A DNA stretch of 64,000 bases from a virus. Of the stretch, positions 9,579 through 20,800 are shown one piece after another. The position numbers were made by a program, and so were the translations under genes. The notes below the pieces were generated by a model. It made no database searches. It was not told the origin of the DNA and was given only the letters and a program-made list of their open reading frames with translations. Numbering within the stretch: the stretch's first letter is position 1; each line of letters opens with the position of its first letter. The stretch is from positions 1-64,000 of IMG/VR virus record IMGVR_UViG_3300042731_004843. One strand, 5' to 3'.

Positions 9579-9971
9579 ATGTCCAAGGGGCCCCAGATGG
9601 ACCCCACCAGCCTGGGGAGCATTCTGCTCGATTGGGGGGTCATTACTGAGGCAGATCTACGCCGCGCGCTGAAGGAACAGGAAACTCTGCGTGGGGACGA
9701 CCTGCTCGGTAGACTGCTGGTGGCCAGCGGAGCATGTACAGAGGATGCGATAAAAACGGCATTATCTGCCCAAACTAGCATGCGTGCGGCCGGAAAACAT
9801 AAGCACGCGATGGCCGTGGCGAATTTGGCCATCAGTAGGCGCCGGCGCAAAAGCGTCATGGTGCGTAGGGAGGCCATTGTCGAGCAGGGTAATCGCGTTT
9901 CTAGAGCCATAACTGGAGACGCGCACCCAGCGGTAACTTCCGCAATGCTGGCAAAGTCCGGAGAGTCCTAG
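9579..9971 (+). CDS. stand-alone MshEN (T2SSE_N)-like protein
   Basis: Two 24-aa repeats SLGSILLDWGVITEADLRRALKEQ and LLGRLLVASGACTEDAIKTALSAQ fit the RLGxxLLxxGLIxxxxLxxxLxxQ motif except at the Arg. Confidence 0.75.
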   Translation: MSKGPQMDPTSLGSILLDWGVITEADLRRALKEQETLRGDDLLGRLLVASGACTEDAIKTALSAQTSMRAAGKHKHAMAVANLAISRRRRKSVMVRREAIVEQGNRVSRAITGDAHPAVTSAMLAKSGES

Positions 9972-9986
9972 TAAGATCGCTGGGAC

Positions 9987-10526
9987 ATGGCACTCCCAGC
10001 TACAGTAGGTGTCCCGGTCCCTATCGCCATGGTGTTGGAGGACGGGAACGAAGTGCAGCACCCGCAGGTCGAGCTCTATGCTCCCGGGGCTACTTCTCCC
10101 ACTGCCGTCATAGATCTGCCGCACAAGGTGAGGGGCAGGTACGAGGCGTCTTGGACACCGCCCAGCGCGGATGTATGGTCTGCCCAGTTCTTCGTGTACG
10201 CGGACGCCGCCCACACGGTAGAAAACATCACGTACACCAGGTCCATCGAGCAGATCGTGGCTACGAACAGCTCTATCGACGATCTGTCGTCCAGAATAAT
10301 CCGTATCTTGGGGTTGGTACACGAGAACGCCTTCATCGACAACACGGTACACAATGCCGAAGGGTCTCTGGTAGCTGCTAGAGTTCGCATATTCGACTCC
10401 AGGGCCGCTGTGGAGGCGGCCACCGATGGTGGTAGCGAAACTGCCGGTCTCATCGCTACGTACGAGATCGAGACAACGTACGAGGCTGACTGTAGAATGG
10501 GTAGCTACAGGATGAAGCTGGTATGA
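9987..10526 (+). CDS. hypothetical structural protein
   Basis: 179-aa ORF in the operon, beta-rich. Confidence 0.6.
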   Translation: MALPATVGVPVPIAMVLEDGNEVQHPQVELYAPGATSPTAVIDLPHKVRGRYEASWTPPSADVWSAQFFVYADAAHTVENITYTRSIEQIVATNSSIDDLSSRIIRILGLVHENAFIDNTVHNAEGSLVAARVRIFDSRAAVEAATDGGSETAGLIATYEIETTYEADCRMGSYRMKLV

Positions 10527-10816
10527 GCGGGGTGGCCATAGCTACGCGCGGGATGGTCCGTTCCTGCTGCCGTCAGGGCGGGTTCATCTGCGGGGACAGC
10601 CCAGAAGTACAGGCTGTACTCGAAGTGCGCCCCAAGATCCGCTATGCGGCCGCACCCCCATCTGGAGATGTTACTAGCCCCATCATGATCGGGGCGCAAG
10701 AGCTTAGGCCGTCTGCGGGGGCTACGGGCCCGGGACCTGCAGACCCAGACCCGAAGCCGACCCAAACCTCGGCACAAGAGCTGCGCCCCGTCATCAAACG
10801 GGCCGAAGAGGATTAA
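10523..10816 (+). CDS. hypothetical Pro-rich protein
   Basis: ATGA overlap; internal AQELRP repeat twice. Confidence 0.55.
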   Translation: MSGVAIATRGMVRSCCRQGGFICGDSPEVQAVLEVRPKIRYAAAPPSGDVTSPIMIGAQELRPSAGATGPGPADPDPKPTQTSAQELRPVIKRAEED

Positions 10817-11764
10817 ATGGCGGTCATCAAAGTCAAGATCTTCGTGCCGGAAATAGACAACGTCATATCCCTGTTCGACGTGATTCAGGTCCAACGTTCG
10901 GAAGCGGGATCCCCGTATACGGACGCTAAGGACATTACCGCCGACACGGCCCAAAAACCAGTGCTGGTGGGCGCAGAGGAAGGGCCATTCGCGTCTCTGC
11001 AGGGGAAGACACTGAGGCTGAAAGTGGATGGGGGACTCGAGCAGGAAGTCACGTTCACGGCAGCAGATCCCATCAGCCTCAGCAATGTCATCGCTGAGTT
11101 CAACACGGAGATCTCCGGGGCGACCGCGGACGATGACGGCACGGGTAAGCTGCAGATAGAGGGCAACGCCCCAGGTACAGTAGGCACCCTGGAGATGACG
11201 GGCGGCACCGCACTGGCCATACTGGGCTTCGTCACGGGAGACAAGGATAACGGGGAAGACAGTCACCCCACTCTGCTCCCAGGGGTGGATTCTTACGAGT
11301 ACGATGATCAAAGCGGGCAGGCGTCGTACTGGTACAGGACCAGGTACTACAACACTGGCGACGGTACGGTAAGCTCGTACTCGGACTGGGTACAGGGCTC
11401 GACTGGTGCGGTCATCGATCCTGCCGAGCTTATCGTGGGTAAGATCAAATTGGCCGGGGTGGACGGCACGGCAATGGTGGGGGCCAAGATCTCCATCGTG
11501 AACACCTACAGTCCGTTGGTTGCTGATGAGCACTTCATAGCCGGACGTAACCTGCAGATAGAGACGGATGGGTCCGGTTATGCAGAGACGACACTAATCA
11601 GAAATTCCATTGTGGACGTGGTCATCGAGGGCACGTCCTTCATCCGCCGAATCCAGGTCCCCGCCACCGGTACGGAGTTCGATCTGATGGACGAGAGCCT
11701 GGTACTGGATGATCCGTTCCAGATCCAGGTACCGGACTTGCCGGCGGCAGTGAGGAGAAGCTGA
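10817..11764 (+). CDS. structural protein (C-terminus paralogous to 13023-13985)
   Basis: IETDGSGYAETTLIRN matches LRTDKDGYAELDLYRN. Confidence 0.6.
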   Translation: MAVIKVKIFVPEIDNVISLFDVIQVQRSEAGSPYTDAKDITADTAQKPVLVGAEEGPFASLQGKTLRLKVDGGLEQEVTFTAADPISLSNVIAEFNTEISGATADDDGTGKLQIEGNAPGTVGTLEMTGGTALAILGFVTGDKDNGEDSHPTLLPGVDSYEYDDQSGQASYWYRTRYYNTGDGTVSSYSDWVQGSTGAVIDPAELIVGKIKLAGVDGTAMVGAKISIVNTYSPLVADEHFIAGRNLQIETDGSGYAETTLIRNSIVDVVIEGTSFIRRIQVPATGTEFDLMDESLVLDDPFQIQVPDLPAAVRRS

Positions 11765-12291
11765 TGCCAGGACGTAAGAGCTATGGGCCGGGTGGAAAGT
11801 GGATCCATGATCGCGCCCACGGGTTGATGGATGAGCGCAAGAAGGGGAGCCTGACCGAGCGGTATGGGGACAAGAAGGGCAAGTCGATCGCCTACGCTAT
11901 CGCTACTCAACAGGCCCACAAGGTCGGTAAGAGCCCGAAAGGCTTCCGCACTACAGAGGGCGTCCGCGAGGCTAAGCAGAAGTTCGATAAGCCGAAGAAG
12001 GAGTACCAGAAGACGGCGGCTCGCACAGGACGCTTACTTAGGATGACGGATTCCATCGTCAGAAAAGGTGGAGATAAAGCTCCAGGCAAGCTGATAGATG
12101 CCGCCAAGAGACTCGGTAAAGCGGTTGAGCAGTCTAACGTCCGGCGTGGACTGGATACTGCGGAACAAGCAACCAAACACATGACCGATAAGCAGAGAAA
12201 CAATATCTTCATGAAGGCTATAGAGAATATGGGCAAGACCGGCAGCATTTCTTTGTCCTCCTTCTTTGATGAGCTGCAGCAGATCCAATGA
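11764..12291 (+). CDS. highly basic protein with C-terminal FFDELQQI tag
   Basis: K/R-rich; KSIAYAIATQQAHK segment; TGATG overlap. Confidence 0.6.
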   Translation: MPGRKSYGPGGKWIHDRAHGLMDERKKGSLTERYGDKKGKSIAYAIATQQAHKVGKSPKGFRTTEGVREAKQKFDKPKKEYQKTAARTGRLLRMTDSIVRKGGDKAPGKLIDAAKRLGKAVEQSNVRRGLDTAEQATKHMTDKQRNNIFMKAIENMGKTGSISLSSFFDELQQIQ

Positions 12292-12785
12292 GGCGAACCT
12301 TGACCACGACCATCAAAAGCTCGCTACCGGCATTCTTCGGTGAGCTCGAGAAGATTGGGCAAGCTCCGGGGTCATTAGCTCATCGGGCACAATTGGGCGC
12401 TCCGGGGGCCTGGGGCAGTCTGGGGTCGTCTGGTGGGGCCTCCTCTGGTGGGGCCTCCTCCGGTGGTGTTTCCCCGCCAACTGGGCCAGGAAGTAGCGGC
12501 GGAGCAGGGGCGAGCATGCCTAAGCCGCCGACGGCCGGAGAGATGGGGGGCGGGATGAGTGCTGCAGATCTGGGTCTTTCCGGCTCTAACCCCCCGCCTA
12601 TCCAGGCGCCCACCCAACCGCAGCAGCCCATGTCAGCTACCGGTACGCCGCCCCCAGGTGCACCGGCTACTGCGCCCGGGTCTTTGGCCAGTCCACAAAG
12701 GAAGAAGGGCTTCGGTACTGGTACACTATCGTCTGCTGAGAGCGCTGAGGTAGCCCCACCATCAGCATCTGAGTTTGGAGGCTAG
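12288..12785 (+). CDS. low-complexity G/S/P protein with FFGELEKIG tag
   Basis: ATGA overlap; disordered composition. Confidence 0.55.
   Translation: MRRTLTTTIKSSLPAFFGELEKIGQAPGSLAHRAQLGAPGAWGSLGSSGGASSGGASSGGVSPPTGPGSSGGAGASMPKPPTAGEMGGGMSAADLGLSGSNPPPIQAPTQPQQPMSATGTPPPGAPATAPGSLASPQRKKGFGTGTLSSAESAEVAPPSASEFGG
12429..12458 (+). repeat. 15-bp tandem repeat TCTGGTGGGGCCTCC x2 (SGGAS)
   Basis: Direct reading. Confidence 0.7.
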
Positions 12786-12787
12786 TT

Positions 12788-13006
12788 ATGCTGCCCATGG
12801 TCAGCTTCTTCGAGGAGATGGAGAAGATAGCCCTCGTGGGCCCGCTTATCGGGCAGGCCGTCAAGTACCCAGGCATGGTAGGCTGGCGACTGCATCAGAT
12901 CGAAGAAGGTAAAGGCGCACACAGGCGCATGATGCAGAACATAGAGCGGGGCGTTCCCGCCGGTTGGGCGGCCCTGGGGATGCGTCCGAGAGATACCAGG
13001 CGATAG
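12788..13006 (+). CDS. small protein with FFEEMEKIA tag
   Basis: GGAGG RBS upstream. Confidence 0.6.
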   Translation: MLPMVSFFEEMEKIALVGPLIGQAVKYPGMVGWRLHQIEEGKGAHRRMMQNIERGVPAGWAALGMRPRDTRR

Positions 13007-13022
13007 TGCCACGGAGGAATAG

Positions 13023-13985
13023 ATGGCGGCCGAAACTGTCAAGTTCTATGTCGTTGACCAAGACACGAACCCCGTAATCGGTGTTTTGGTTCGTGTGTTC
13101 AACGAAGCTGGGGACTCGTTCATCACCCAAGACTACTCTGTAGCTGTTGGCGGCGATGCAGTAGCGGAGGTAACGCTAGATGGGGATGATCCTCCCATTA
13201 AGTACACCATCCGGATGTCCAAGTCTGGCGTAGCCTTCGATGGGGCTCTTGGGGACAACAATAAAAGCCCTCAGCTTATCGAGGTCTACAGCCCGGCATC
13301 TGCAGCACCCAACTCGAAGAACGACTTCGACCTCCTGGCGGAGACCTTCACACGCCCGGTATCTACAGACCCTCGGCTGTGCCGCTGTAGCGGGTTCTTC
13401 AAGGACATCACGGGAGCGCCTTTGCCGAACCTGGAGATGTTCTTCATCAATCAATTCCAGCCCACGGTGGTGGACGGCAATGCGGTGCTGGGGTCCAAGG
13501 TACAGCTGCGCACCGACAAGGACGGCTACGCGGAGCTAGACCTGTACCGCAATGCCGAGTACCACGTCATGGTGCAGAGCATCCAGGCGGCCGAGGCAGA
13601 TGAGACCGGGGCCATCGTATTCCCTCGGATGATCGTGGTCCCAGATACGTCGTCCTACAATCTGGTAGATCTGCTGTTCCCCGTAGTTGAATCGGTGTCG
13701 TTCGCTCCTGATCCAGTGTCTATGGCCGTGGATTCCTACGTAGAGGTCTTGACCACTGTAGCGGCCTCTGATGGGAGGGTACTGCAGGGGACCGGTTGCG
13801 AGGACGTGCTCTACGAGAGCTCGGACCCATCGGTGGTCTCTCTATCTGTAGATCAGGACAAGTTGGTTCTTTACGGTACGGGCTCCGGCACTGCGGAGAT
13901 TACGGCAGTCAGGAAAGACCAGTCGCTTGTGATCATACCGAGCACAGGAATCACCGGGCAGCCGCTCCTAGTCACGGTGACGTAA
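13023..13985 (+). CDS. structural protein with C-terminal Ig-like (Big_2-type) domain
   Basis: YESSDPSVVSL...GTGSGTAEITA is typical of Ig-like group 2 domains. Confidence 0.6.
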   Translation: MAAETVKFYVVDQDTNPVIGVLVRVFNEAGDSFITQDYSVAVGGDAVAEVTLDGDDPPIKYTIRMSKSGVAFDGALGDNNKSPQLIEVYSPASAAPNSKNDFDLLAETFTRPVSTDPRLCRCSGFFKDITGAPLPNLEMFFINQFQPTVVDGNAVLGSKVQLRTDKDGYAELDLYRNAEYHVMVQSIQAAEADETGAIVFPRMIVVPDTSSYNLVDLLFPVVESVSFAPDPVSMAVDSYVEVLTTVAASDGRVLQGTGCEDVLYESSDPSVVSLSVDQDKLVLYGTGSGTAEITAVRKDQSLVIIPSTGITGQPLLVTVT

Positions 13986-14293
13986 TGGGCTTGTTGCTCG
14001 TGCAGCCCGTTCATACGGATGTCCATGCGATCAAGTTGCTGCTGGCCGCGATAATTCGCCGCAGTGCCTTTGATATCGCTCTGTACAAGGACGCCAAGAA
14101 ACTGGCCAACAGACGGATAGGGGAGTCGGCCTACAGGTGGATGTTCAGTGATAGGGACGACTACTACACCTCCTTCCTCAGCCTTTGCGCTATCTTGGAC
14201 CAGGATCCGGGCGTCATACGCAGGAAGACACTAAAGCTGCGCAGAGAGGATATCCGGAAGTTCGATATGGTGGACACGCATGGCCGGATATAG
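13985..14293 (+). CDS. conserved hypothetical protein
   Basis: TAATG overlap gives the true start at 13985; LLxAII...AYRWMFSD...SFLSLCAILDQDP..IR pattern. Confidence 0.6.
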   Translation: MGLLLVQPVHTDVHAIKLLLAAIIRRSAFDIALYKDAKKLANRRIGESAYRWMFSDRDDYYTSFLSLCAILDQDPGVIRRKTLKLRREDIRKFDMVDTHGRI

Positions 14294-16847
14294 CGACAGC
14301 GAAATTGAGGCCGCAGTAGGCAACTTCGTCAAGAGCGAGGTGTCTGTACAGCGAGATCCGCTGGGACCGGTGGATCTCGCTGCCAAGTTCAATGAAGTAA
14401 TCCAGCTGACTTCGTCCACCTTGATCTTTGACCCCAACGCCATCTTCTATCTGATCTTCCTGGCCACCAACAAACTCAACACATCCGTGCTGACCGCCAT
14501 AGAGTACGTAGAGGATATCCAGCAGGCCATCCAGGAAGTGAGTAAACGGACAAAGGACGTCACCAGGACTACCCTTCTGGGGGATGCGGCCGCTGCCCTG
14601 CTGACTGTGGACTCCATCCTGACCAGCAGTGATGCTATCAGCCAGACCGCCTTCGACAGATACAAGAGGGCAGTAGCAGATTTCACCGACGTGTCGTTGG
14701 CTCCGAACGTCAAAGACGCCGGCGAGATAGTTCGAGCGCCCCAGCTTGCTCGTAAGGAGGTGGTCACCACCCTCCAGAACCTGTCGGCCTTGTGGCCGGA
14801 GATACTGGATGGGCTGACTCAGATAGAGGAAGAGCTGTCTGACTTCCTGAGCCTCAACCTGCCGGTTAACTTCGTGCAGAGGTCGATACGGCGCGTGCGG
14901 GACGACCTGATATCCTGGCAGAATACATTCGAGAGCGCCAGTACGACCCGTGACGATAAGATCGCTGAGTGCAGGGACGCCTATCTGAGCCTAACCTCCG
15001 GGAAGTCGGTGCTGGACAACTACACCACAGTCACCGACCCAACGGACCCCAGAGTAGAGTCCAGCGACGACACGGTTGGTAGGGCTGCCCTACCTGTAGG
15101 AGACGAAGGCGCCCTAAACGTGCCGGAAGACACATGCACCAAGTCCGGTCCTTGGTCCGTGGTCACAGGGGTGAACGACGAGTTCAAGGTGGCGGCAGAC
15201 GGCGCCCTCGAGGTGACTTACACTCTTGTGCCGCCTTCTCAACCCAGCTTGACTGGGTTCGTAGCACACGAAGACGCTACTGAATTCTACGAGATTACAG
15301 CTGGCGTGAACGATAGGCTGGAGATAGACGGCCTAGCGCCCACCATTGCCCTGACTGCAGGCGTGGGGCGCACAACCACGCAGATAGTCTCCGACATCTC
15401 TACCTGGATCACAGCCAACTACCCAGGGCTGTACAGTGCGTCTGTGGTGACCGCGGGCGGCCGCTCCTTTGTGAAGATCACAAAGACGCAGAACGGCGTC
15501 CAACGGCTGCGTATCACAGCAGACGACGTTGCTGACGCGAGCAAGATAGAGCGCGGCTGGCAGGCCCTCGGATTTTGGATCGGGCAGGAGGACAGTAACG
15601 AGGGCATATCGGCTTCAGAGTTCGTTGAGCAGCTCAATGATGCTGGGGACTTCCTGGCGGAGACCGAGACTACCTTGTACGAGGAGGGCACCAATGGCGA
15701 GGTGACCAGTGCCACGGTCTTCGAGGTGCCCATCGATACCATCGCCTCGCTAGACCACGCCGACGACATGCTGTTGGTTCGGAACGCGGAGAATGCCGGG
15801 TACCACCGCATCGTGTCCATCGTCAGGGTGGCTGGCGTAGATCGCATAACAGTGGATGCCGGCACGCCATTCCTAGCCGTGACTACCGACCAGAACTGGC
15901 AGATCGTACGGGACGTGCTGACTATCAGGTCCAAGGCCACGGACCTGACAACGGAGCTGGTCATCGGTGCAGGCAGCGCCAACAGCACGCTGGGGTTCAC
16001 GGCAGGCACGCTGAAGGGCGCGACTACGGGCTTTCGTGTGTCAGTGAGTGGCGTAGACGAGGACTTCTCCAGACGTGACGTCGTGGAGGGGGACCTGGTG
16101 CGTGTCTCTAAGGGACCAGGATACGCAGAGACAGAGCATACTGTGCTCGAGCTCTCCGACAGCAATAGGCAGCTCGAGCTAGATCCCCCAGTGGATGTGG
16201 ACCTCAACACGACCACCTACCCGGACCTGCAGTTCGAGGTCTTGAGTGCGGCCGCGGTAGCCTACGAAGCGTTCATCGAAGAAGTGGCGGCCTGGAGAGA
16301 ACTACTAGAGGCCTCAGACTACTCCGAGGATATCCTGGAGCTCGGACGGGTGATGAACCCCCTTATCGCCAATAAGAACCCCTCCATAGCGCAGATAAAC
16401 GACGCTGAGGCGGCAGCGGACGAGCTATATGAGCTGCTTACCAACGCGTCACCTCCGGGGCTCACCGAGGTCCTGACCGGCTTTGAGGTGGAGGTGGTGC
16501 CCAGGGTAGACGCAGCACTCAACATGCTCAAGGAACGTAGCCTAGACCGCGCCTACGATGAGCTCATGGACGGAGATATCGCCTCCTTTTTCGGGATGGA
16601 CAAGGACGACGCCTCTTCTAGCGGGTACATGCTCAAGACGGCTAGGTCCGTGGTCCAAGAGGACCTACGCACATCAAAGCTGGACGACGACGTGGATGAG
16701 GTCGCACACTGGGATGAGGTCGAAGATACGGACGCCGACTTCGACTACACAGATGCCGACGAAGACGAAAACATTGAGATCCTTGGGGAGATCCCGGACT
16801 ACGATGACGAGGGGGACGTAACCACCACCGAACGGGTGAGGTACTAG
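14280..16847 (+). CDS. large acidic tail/baseplate-associated protein
   Basis: 855 aa, directly upstream of the baseplate genes; acidic C-terminus. Confidence 0.6.
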   Translation: MAGYSDSEIEAAVGNFVKSEVSVQRDPLGPVDLAAKFNEVIQLTSSTLIFDPNAIFYLIFLATNKLNTSVLTAIEYVEDIQQAIQEVSKRTKDVTRTTLLGDAAAALLTVDSILTSSDAISQTAFDRYKRAVADFTDVSLAPNVKDAGEIVRAPQLARKEVVTTLQNLSALWPEILDGLTQIEEELSDFLSLNLPVNFVQRSIRRVRDDLISWQNTFESASTTRDDKIAECRDAYLSLTSGKSVLDNYTTVTDPTDPRVESSDDTVGRAALPVGDEGALNVPEDTCTKSGPWSVVTGVNDEFKVAADGALEVTYTLVPPSQPSLTGFVAHEDATEFYEITAGVNDRLEIDGLAPTIALTAGVGRTTTQIVSDISTWITANYPGLYSASVVTAGGRSFVKITKTQNGVQRLRITADDVADASKIERGWQALGFWIGQEDSNEGISASEFVEQLNDAGDFLAETETTLYEEGTNGEVTSATVFEVPIDTIASLDHADDMLLVRNAENAGYHRIVSIVRVAGVDRITVDAGTPFLAVTTDQNWQIVRDVLTIRSKATDLTTELVIGAGSANSTLGFTAGTLKGATTGFRVSVSGVDEDFSRRDVVEGDLVRVSKGPGYAETEHTVLELSDSNRQLELDPPVDVDLNTTTYPDLQFEVLSAAAVAYEAFIEEVAAWRELLEASDYSEDILELGRVMNPLIANKNPSIAQINDAEAAADELYELLTNASPPGLTEVLTGFEVEVVPRVDAALNMLKERSLDRAYDELMDGDIASFFGMDKDDASSSGYMLKTARSVVQEDLRTSKLDDDVDEVAHWDEVEDTDADFDYTDADEDENIEILGEIPDYDDEGDVTTTERVRY

Positions 16848-17176
16848 TGGCTACCAGCACTCCCAGCAAGCAGACTAAGCTGAATCTACAGCTACGTGAG
16901 TCACTAGCTGGTGCTTACGCCTTCGTGCGCGGCAGGCAGTTCACTGAGCAGCTGGCCAACGTCACATATGAGGAGCTGCTTGACGCCGCCATCGACCGCA
17001 TAGAGGGTACCAAAGGCCGGACAGAGGTACGTCCCACACTGCTGGAACGCATAAAGATGATCAAAGAAGAGGTGGTGCAAGCCGTAGATACGGTCAAAAA
17101 GAAACCACCCTCTTACTGGACCATAGAGAATGACGGTAGAATCAGCGCTGAGGACGCGACGAACACCAAGGAGTAG
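16847..17176 (+). CDS. hypothetical protein
   Basis: TAGTG overlap (GTG start). Confidence 0.55.
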   Translation: MATSTPSKQTKLNLQLRESLAGAYAFVRGRQFTEQLANVTYEELLDAAIDRIEGTKGRTEVRPTLLERIKMIKEEVVQAVDTVKKKPPSYWTIENDGRISAEDATNTKE

Positions 17177-17178
17177 TA

Positions 17179-17829
17179 ATGGACCTACAGTTCGTACAGT
17201 TCCAAGACGCGCTGAAGCTGACGGGTGCGCGTGAGGTCCCAGACCTCGATCCGCGTACGCTGCAGATAACTGGGCCCGACTTCCGCTCGGCAGTCGAGGT
17301 GATCATCAACGAGGTACCGTCTCCCTCGTTTGTGGTGGCGTCCAAACAGCACATACTGGCGCAAGTCCCGCCTACTCAGGTGAAGAACACCATCAGGGTC
17401 GTTACGGTCCTTAGCGCAAACTTCACGGCCTCATTTCAGAGCAAGATACGTTTCCGGCTGGGCCCGAATTCCACTACGGCCACTGGACTGAAGGCCATGA
17501 TGCAGACCTTCCTGAAGGTGCTGCTGACTACGGTGGGCTCGGACGCGTTCGCCAAGAACCAGGGGGGCAGCGCCCTGAAGAATGTCGGGAAGAACTTCGA
17601 TCTTGGGCAGAGCTCATCCCTGGTGTCAGATTTCGCTATTGCTGTGCGGCGCACGGAGCAGCAGATACGCTCTTTCCAGAGCTACCAGCCGCGGCTTGCG
17701 GATGATGAGCGGCTCTTGTCCGCGAACCTTCTGAACGCGAAGTTCGACGTGAACACGTTGACCCTGATAGCCAGAGTGGAGTTGATCTCCCAATCCGGCA
17801 TCAGAGCAATCGCGAACTTGGAGCTGTAG
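17179..17829 (+). CDS. putative baseplate wedge/sheath initiator (IPT-like N-terminus + gp25/GpW-like C-terminus)
   Basis: Position immediately before the Baseplate-J gene; LQITGPDF...V.INEV IPT-like start; KVLLTTVGSD gp25-like segment. Confidence 0.5.
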   Translation: MDLQFVQFQDALKLTGAREVPDLDPRTLQITGPDFRSAVEVIINEVPSPSFVVASKQHILAQVPPTQVKNTIRVVTVLSANFTASFQSKIRFRLGPNSTTATGLKAMMQTFLKVLLTTVGSDAFAKNQGGSALKNVGKNFDLGQSSSLVSDFAIAVRRTEQQIRSFQSYQPRLADDERLLSANLLNAKFDVNTLTLIARVELISQSGIRAIANLEL

Positions 17830-17830
17830 C

Positions 17831-20800
17831 ATGCCAGGCACCGAAGACCTCAAGGAATTCGTAGAGAACAGGCTGCTTGCCTACGATCCGGACATAGACC
17901 TTACCGAGGGGTCTCCTGCTCAAGAGCAGGTGGTCGATCCCATCGTCAATAGGTACGCCGTTGACCCCCTCGAGATGGACATCGAAAAGTTCATCGATGC
18001 ACGCCTATCTCAAGAATACCCGAACATGAACTTCCGGGAAGGGAGCGGCGTACGCGACACCTTGGTGAAACCGGACCAAGTTCTGATGGACCCGGTAGTC
18101 CGGGAAACCAACCTGATCAAGCAGGGTCAGTCCTTGGCCAATCCGGAGCTCCTCTCAGATACTGAGGCGGACTCCCTCGTGGCCAATATCTTCGTCACTC
18201 GTACTACTGGCGGCCTATCGACCGGCACCGTGCGCCTCTATTTCAACGCCCCAGTGGCGGTAAATATCAGTGTAGGCAACGTAGCTTACACCGCCGCAGG
18301 TCTGCGTTTTCTGCCCACCACTCTGCAGAGCATCTCTGCGGAAGCGATGATCTTCAACCAGTCCGGTAGCCTCTACTACTTCGATATCCAAGTAACGGCG
18401 GAGAAGGCTGGGGACGAGTACAACATCGGCCGGGAAGAAATCATTGGCATCACCAACCTCAACATAGCAGTACGGGTCACCAACCCCGAGAGGTTCGAGA
18501 ACGGTATCAACGAGGAGACCACCGAAGAGCTGATAGACAGAGCTGAGATCAGCATCACCGAGCGGTCGCTCGTTACCGGCCGTGGTGTGGCAGCGCGCCT
18601 CTACGACCAGTTCGAGGACCTGAAACATCTCCAGGTTGTGGGGCACTACGATGAGGAGATGCAGAGGGACATCATCAAGGGCGGAGATCTGGGCCCTGTA
18701 CTTCTATCCGGGTCGGACGGGTACACGGAAGATGACGGTGATGGGGACTCTGCCACCCGCTACTTCAAGTCCAGGTACGCGGACTTTGCTGCATTCTTTG
18801 GGGCTTTGGGGGCTGAGGAGAACCACTACCTAACCGTCAGTCAGGCCGTTTACGGTACCGACGGCTCGGTACCTGCCAGTGCCTTGAACCACTTGATCAT
18901 ACCAGGCGCCGAGTTCACTGCCGAAGATGTGGGCATCATGATCGTAGCGGTAGATGCCGCAAATCCAGGAAACATCGGCCCGGTAGAAGTCGAGGCCATC
19001 TCTAGCGACGTCGAGGTGCGCGTCAACCGTACTGGTGTTGCTGAGAGCGGCACCATCACCTACATACTCCTCCGGCCGCCCAAGGACTACGAAATACTAG
19101 AGGTTGTGGGCACGTCAGAACTACGGGTCAGTGAAGATCTGCCCGTAGATAGGCAGGCCCTGATATGGTCCGTGCGTCAGAAAGTGCTCACCCTCTCGGA
19201 CATCCCAGGTGGCATCCTCTTTTCCATAAACGGGGAGGTGGAGATCCAATCGGATGAGATCCACATCGGAGGTGCCAGCGACTTCTACATCAGAGGTACC
19301 GGAGTGGAGGAGCGCGAGCTCACCATTGCCGCGATCTCGGATGAGATCCCAGTACTAAGAGCCCTAACCGGCGAGACGGACACATCTGTCGGATACGAGG
19401 AATTCTTCCGCGACCAGAACCAGAACTTCGTGGCCCTGGGTGTGCAACCTGGTATGTCCCTGGTCATTGAGTCAGGGGTGGACGCTGGCACCAAAACTAT
19501 CCTGCGCGTAGGCGTGAAGCCCGCGGGCGCGGCGGTAGGAACGGAAACCCAATGGCTGCAGGTGGAGCCGAGCATAACCTCCACCGCCACGGACCTGCGG
19601 TACAAGATCGTAGACGACATCGACATCAACTTGAACGAGCCGAAGACCAGGCGCGGTGAGGGTACCGACCTCCAGACCATCCAGCTCAGCGACACAGTAA
19701 CCACGCTTTCTGCTGTGGACTTCTTGGCGCTGGGTACGGAGGTGGACGATACACTGAAGATCGTGGATGGAGACGACGAGGGGGAGTACACAGTCACCGG
19801 CACGTCCGGAACGGGCAACAAGAACCTGATCCTCAGCGCCTTGATGGTCTCTACAGCGAACAACATCTCCTGGGAGCTGTACAAAGCGCAGGAGGGCATA
19901 GAGTTCCCACTGGTACGTATCCGTTCAGTGGACATCCTGGACAGCTCCGAGCAGCCCACGGGGGACATCATCCCCTACGCTGTACCCATCGATGCCCGTT
20001 CTACCTGCTTCTCTAACGCCGGCCGGGGTATCAAGGTCAGCACGGGGGACGCCATCACGGGCATCGTGGCCACCACCTCTCTGGATGACCTCGTGTACCC
20101 GTTGGCGGCCGCGCAGCTGGACTTCTCAGTGAATGGTGGGGCCACCCAGTCTGTAGTAGTGACTGGAGCCACGGGCAAGACCGACCTCGTCAATAAGATT
20201 AACGCAGTGATCCCAAATATTGCTGGTTTCATTACCATTACTGGCAAGGACTACCTGACCATTAGATCTGGAGACCGTTGGATACAGGTGTTGGCCAGGG
20301 CGGACAACGCCGTAGTAGGCCTGGATACTACCGGCGAGGACAACAGGCAGATCAAGAGCTCGGGGAATATTTCTGACTGGACCTCGGCTACCTATGATTT
20401 GAAAGCCGTCAAGGACGCCGTATCAATCACTACCGGCGATAACATAGGGTACCTGTACCTGGTGGCGGTAGAGACTGACCGCATACTGGCCGTGGGATTC
20501 GACGAGGGAGAGCGTCGTCTGCGGTTTTTGGCTCCGGGTACGCGCGTGTCCATGAGTGTGGGGTCGCGATCTTATGGCAAGGCCAGGGTATACTTCCTCG
20601 ACCCCACCTCTTTCCAGGTAAGGGGGGCCTGGCACCCACCCCTGAAGAACACCACAGACATACCGGCCAACATGGCTCTGACTGCTGGCGGCTCTAGTAT
20701 AGCCGTAGATGAGGAAGACGTTGCCTACTTCACGGCCACAATAAACGGAACCAATCTACGCTTCTTCCCGGACCCGGACCTGAAGCATCAGGTGCTGCCT

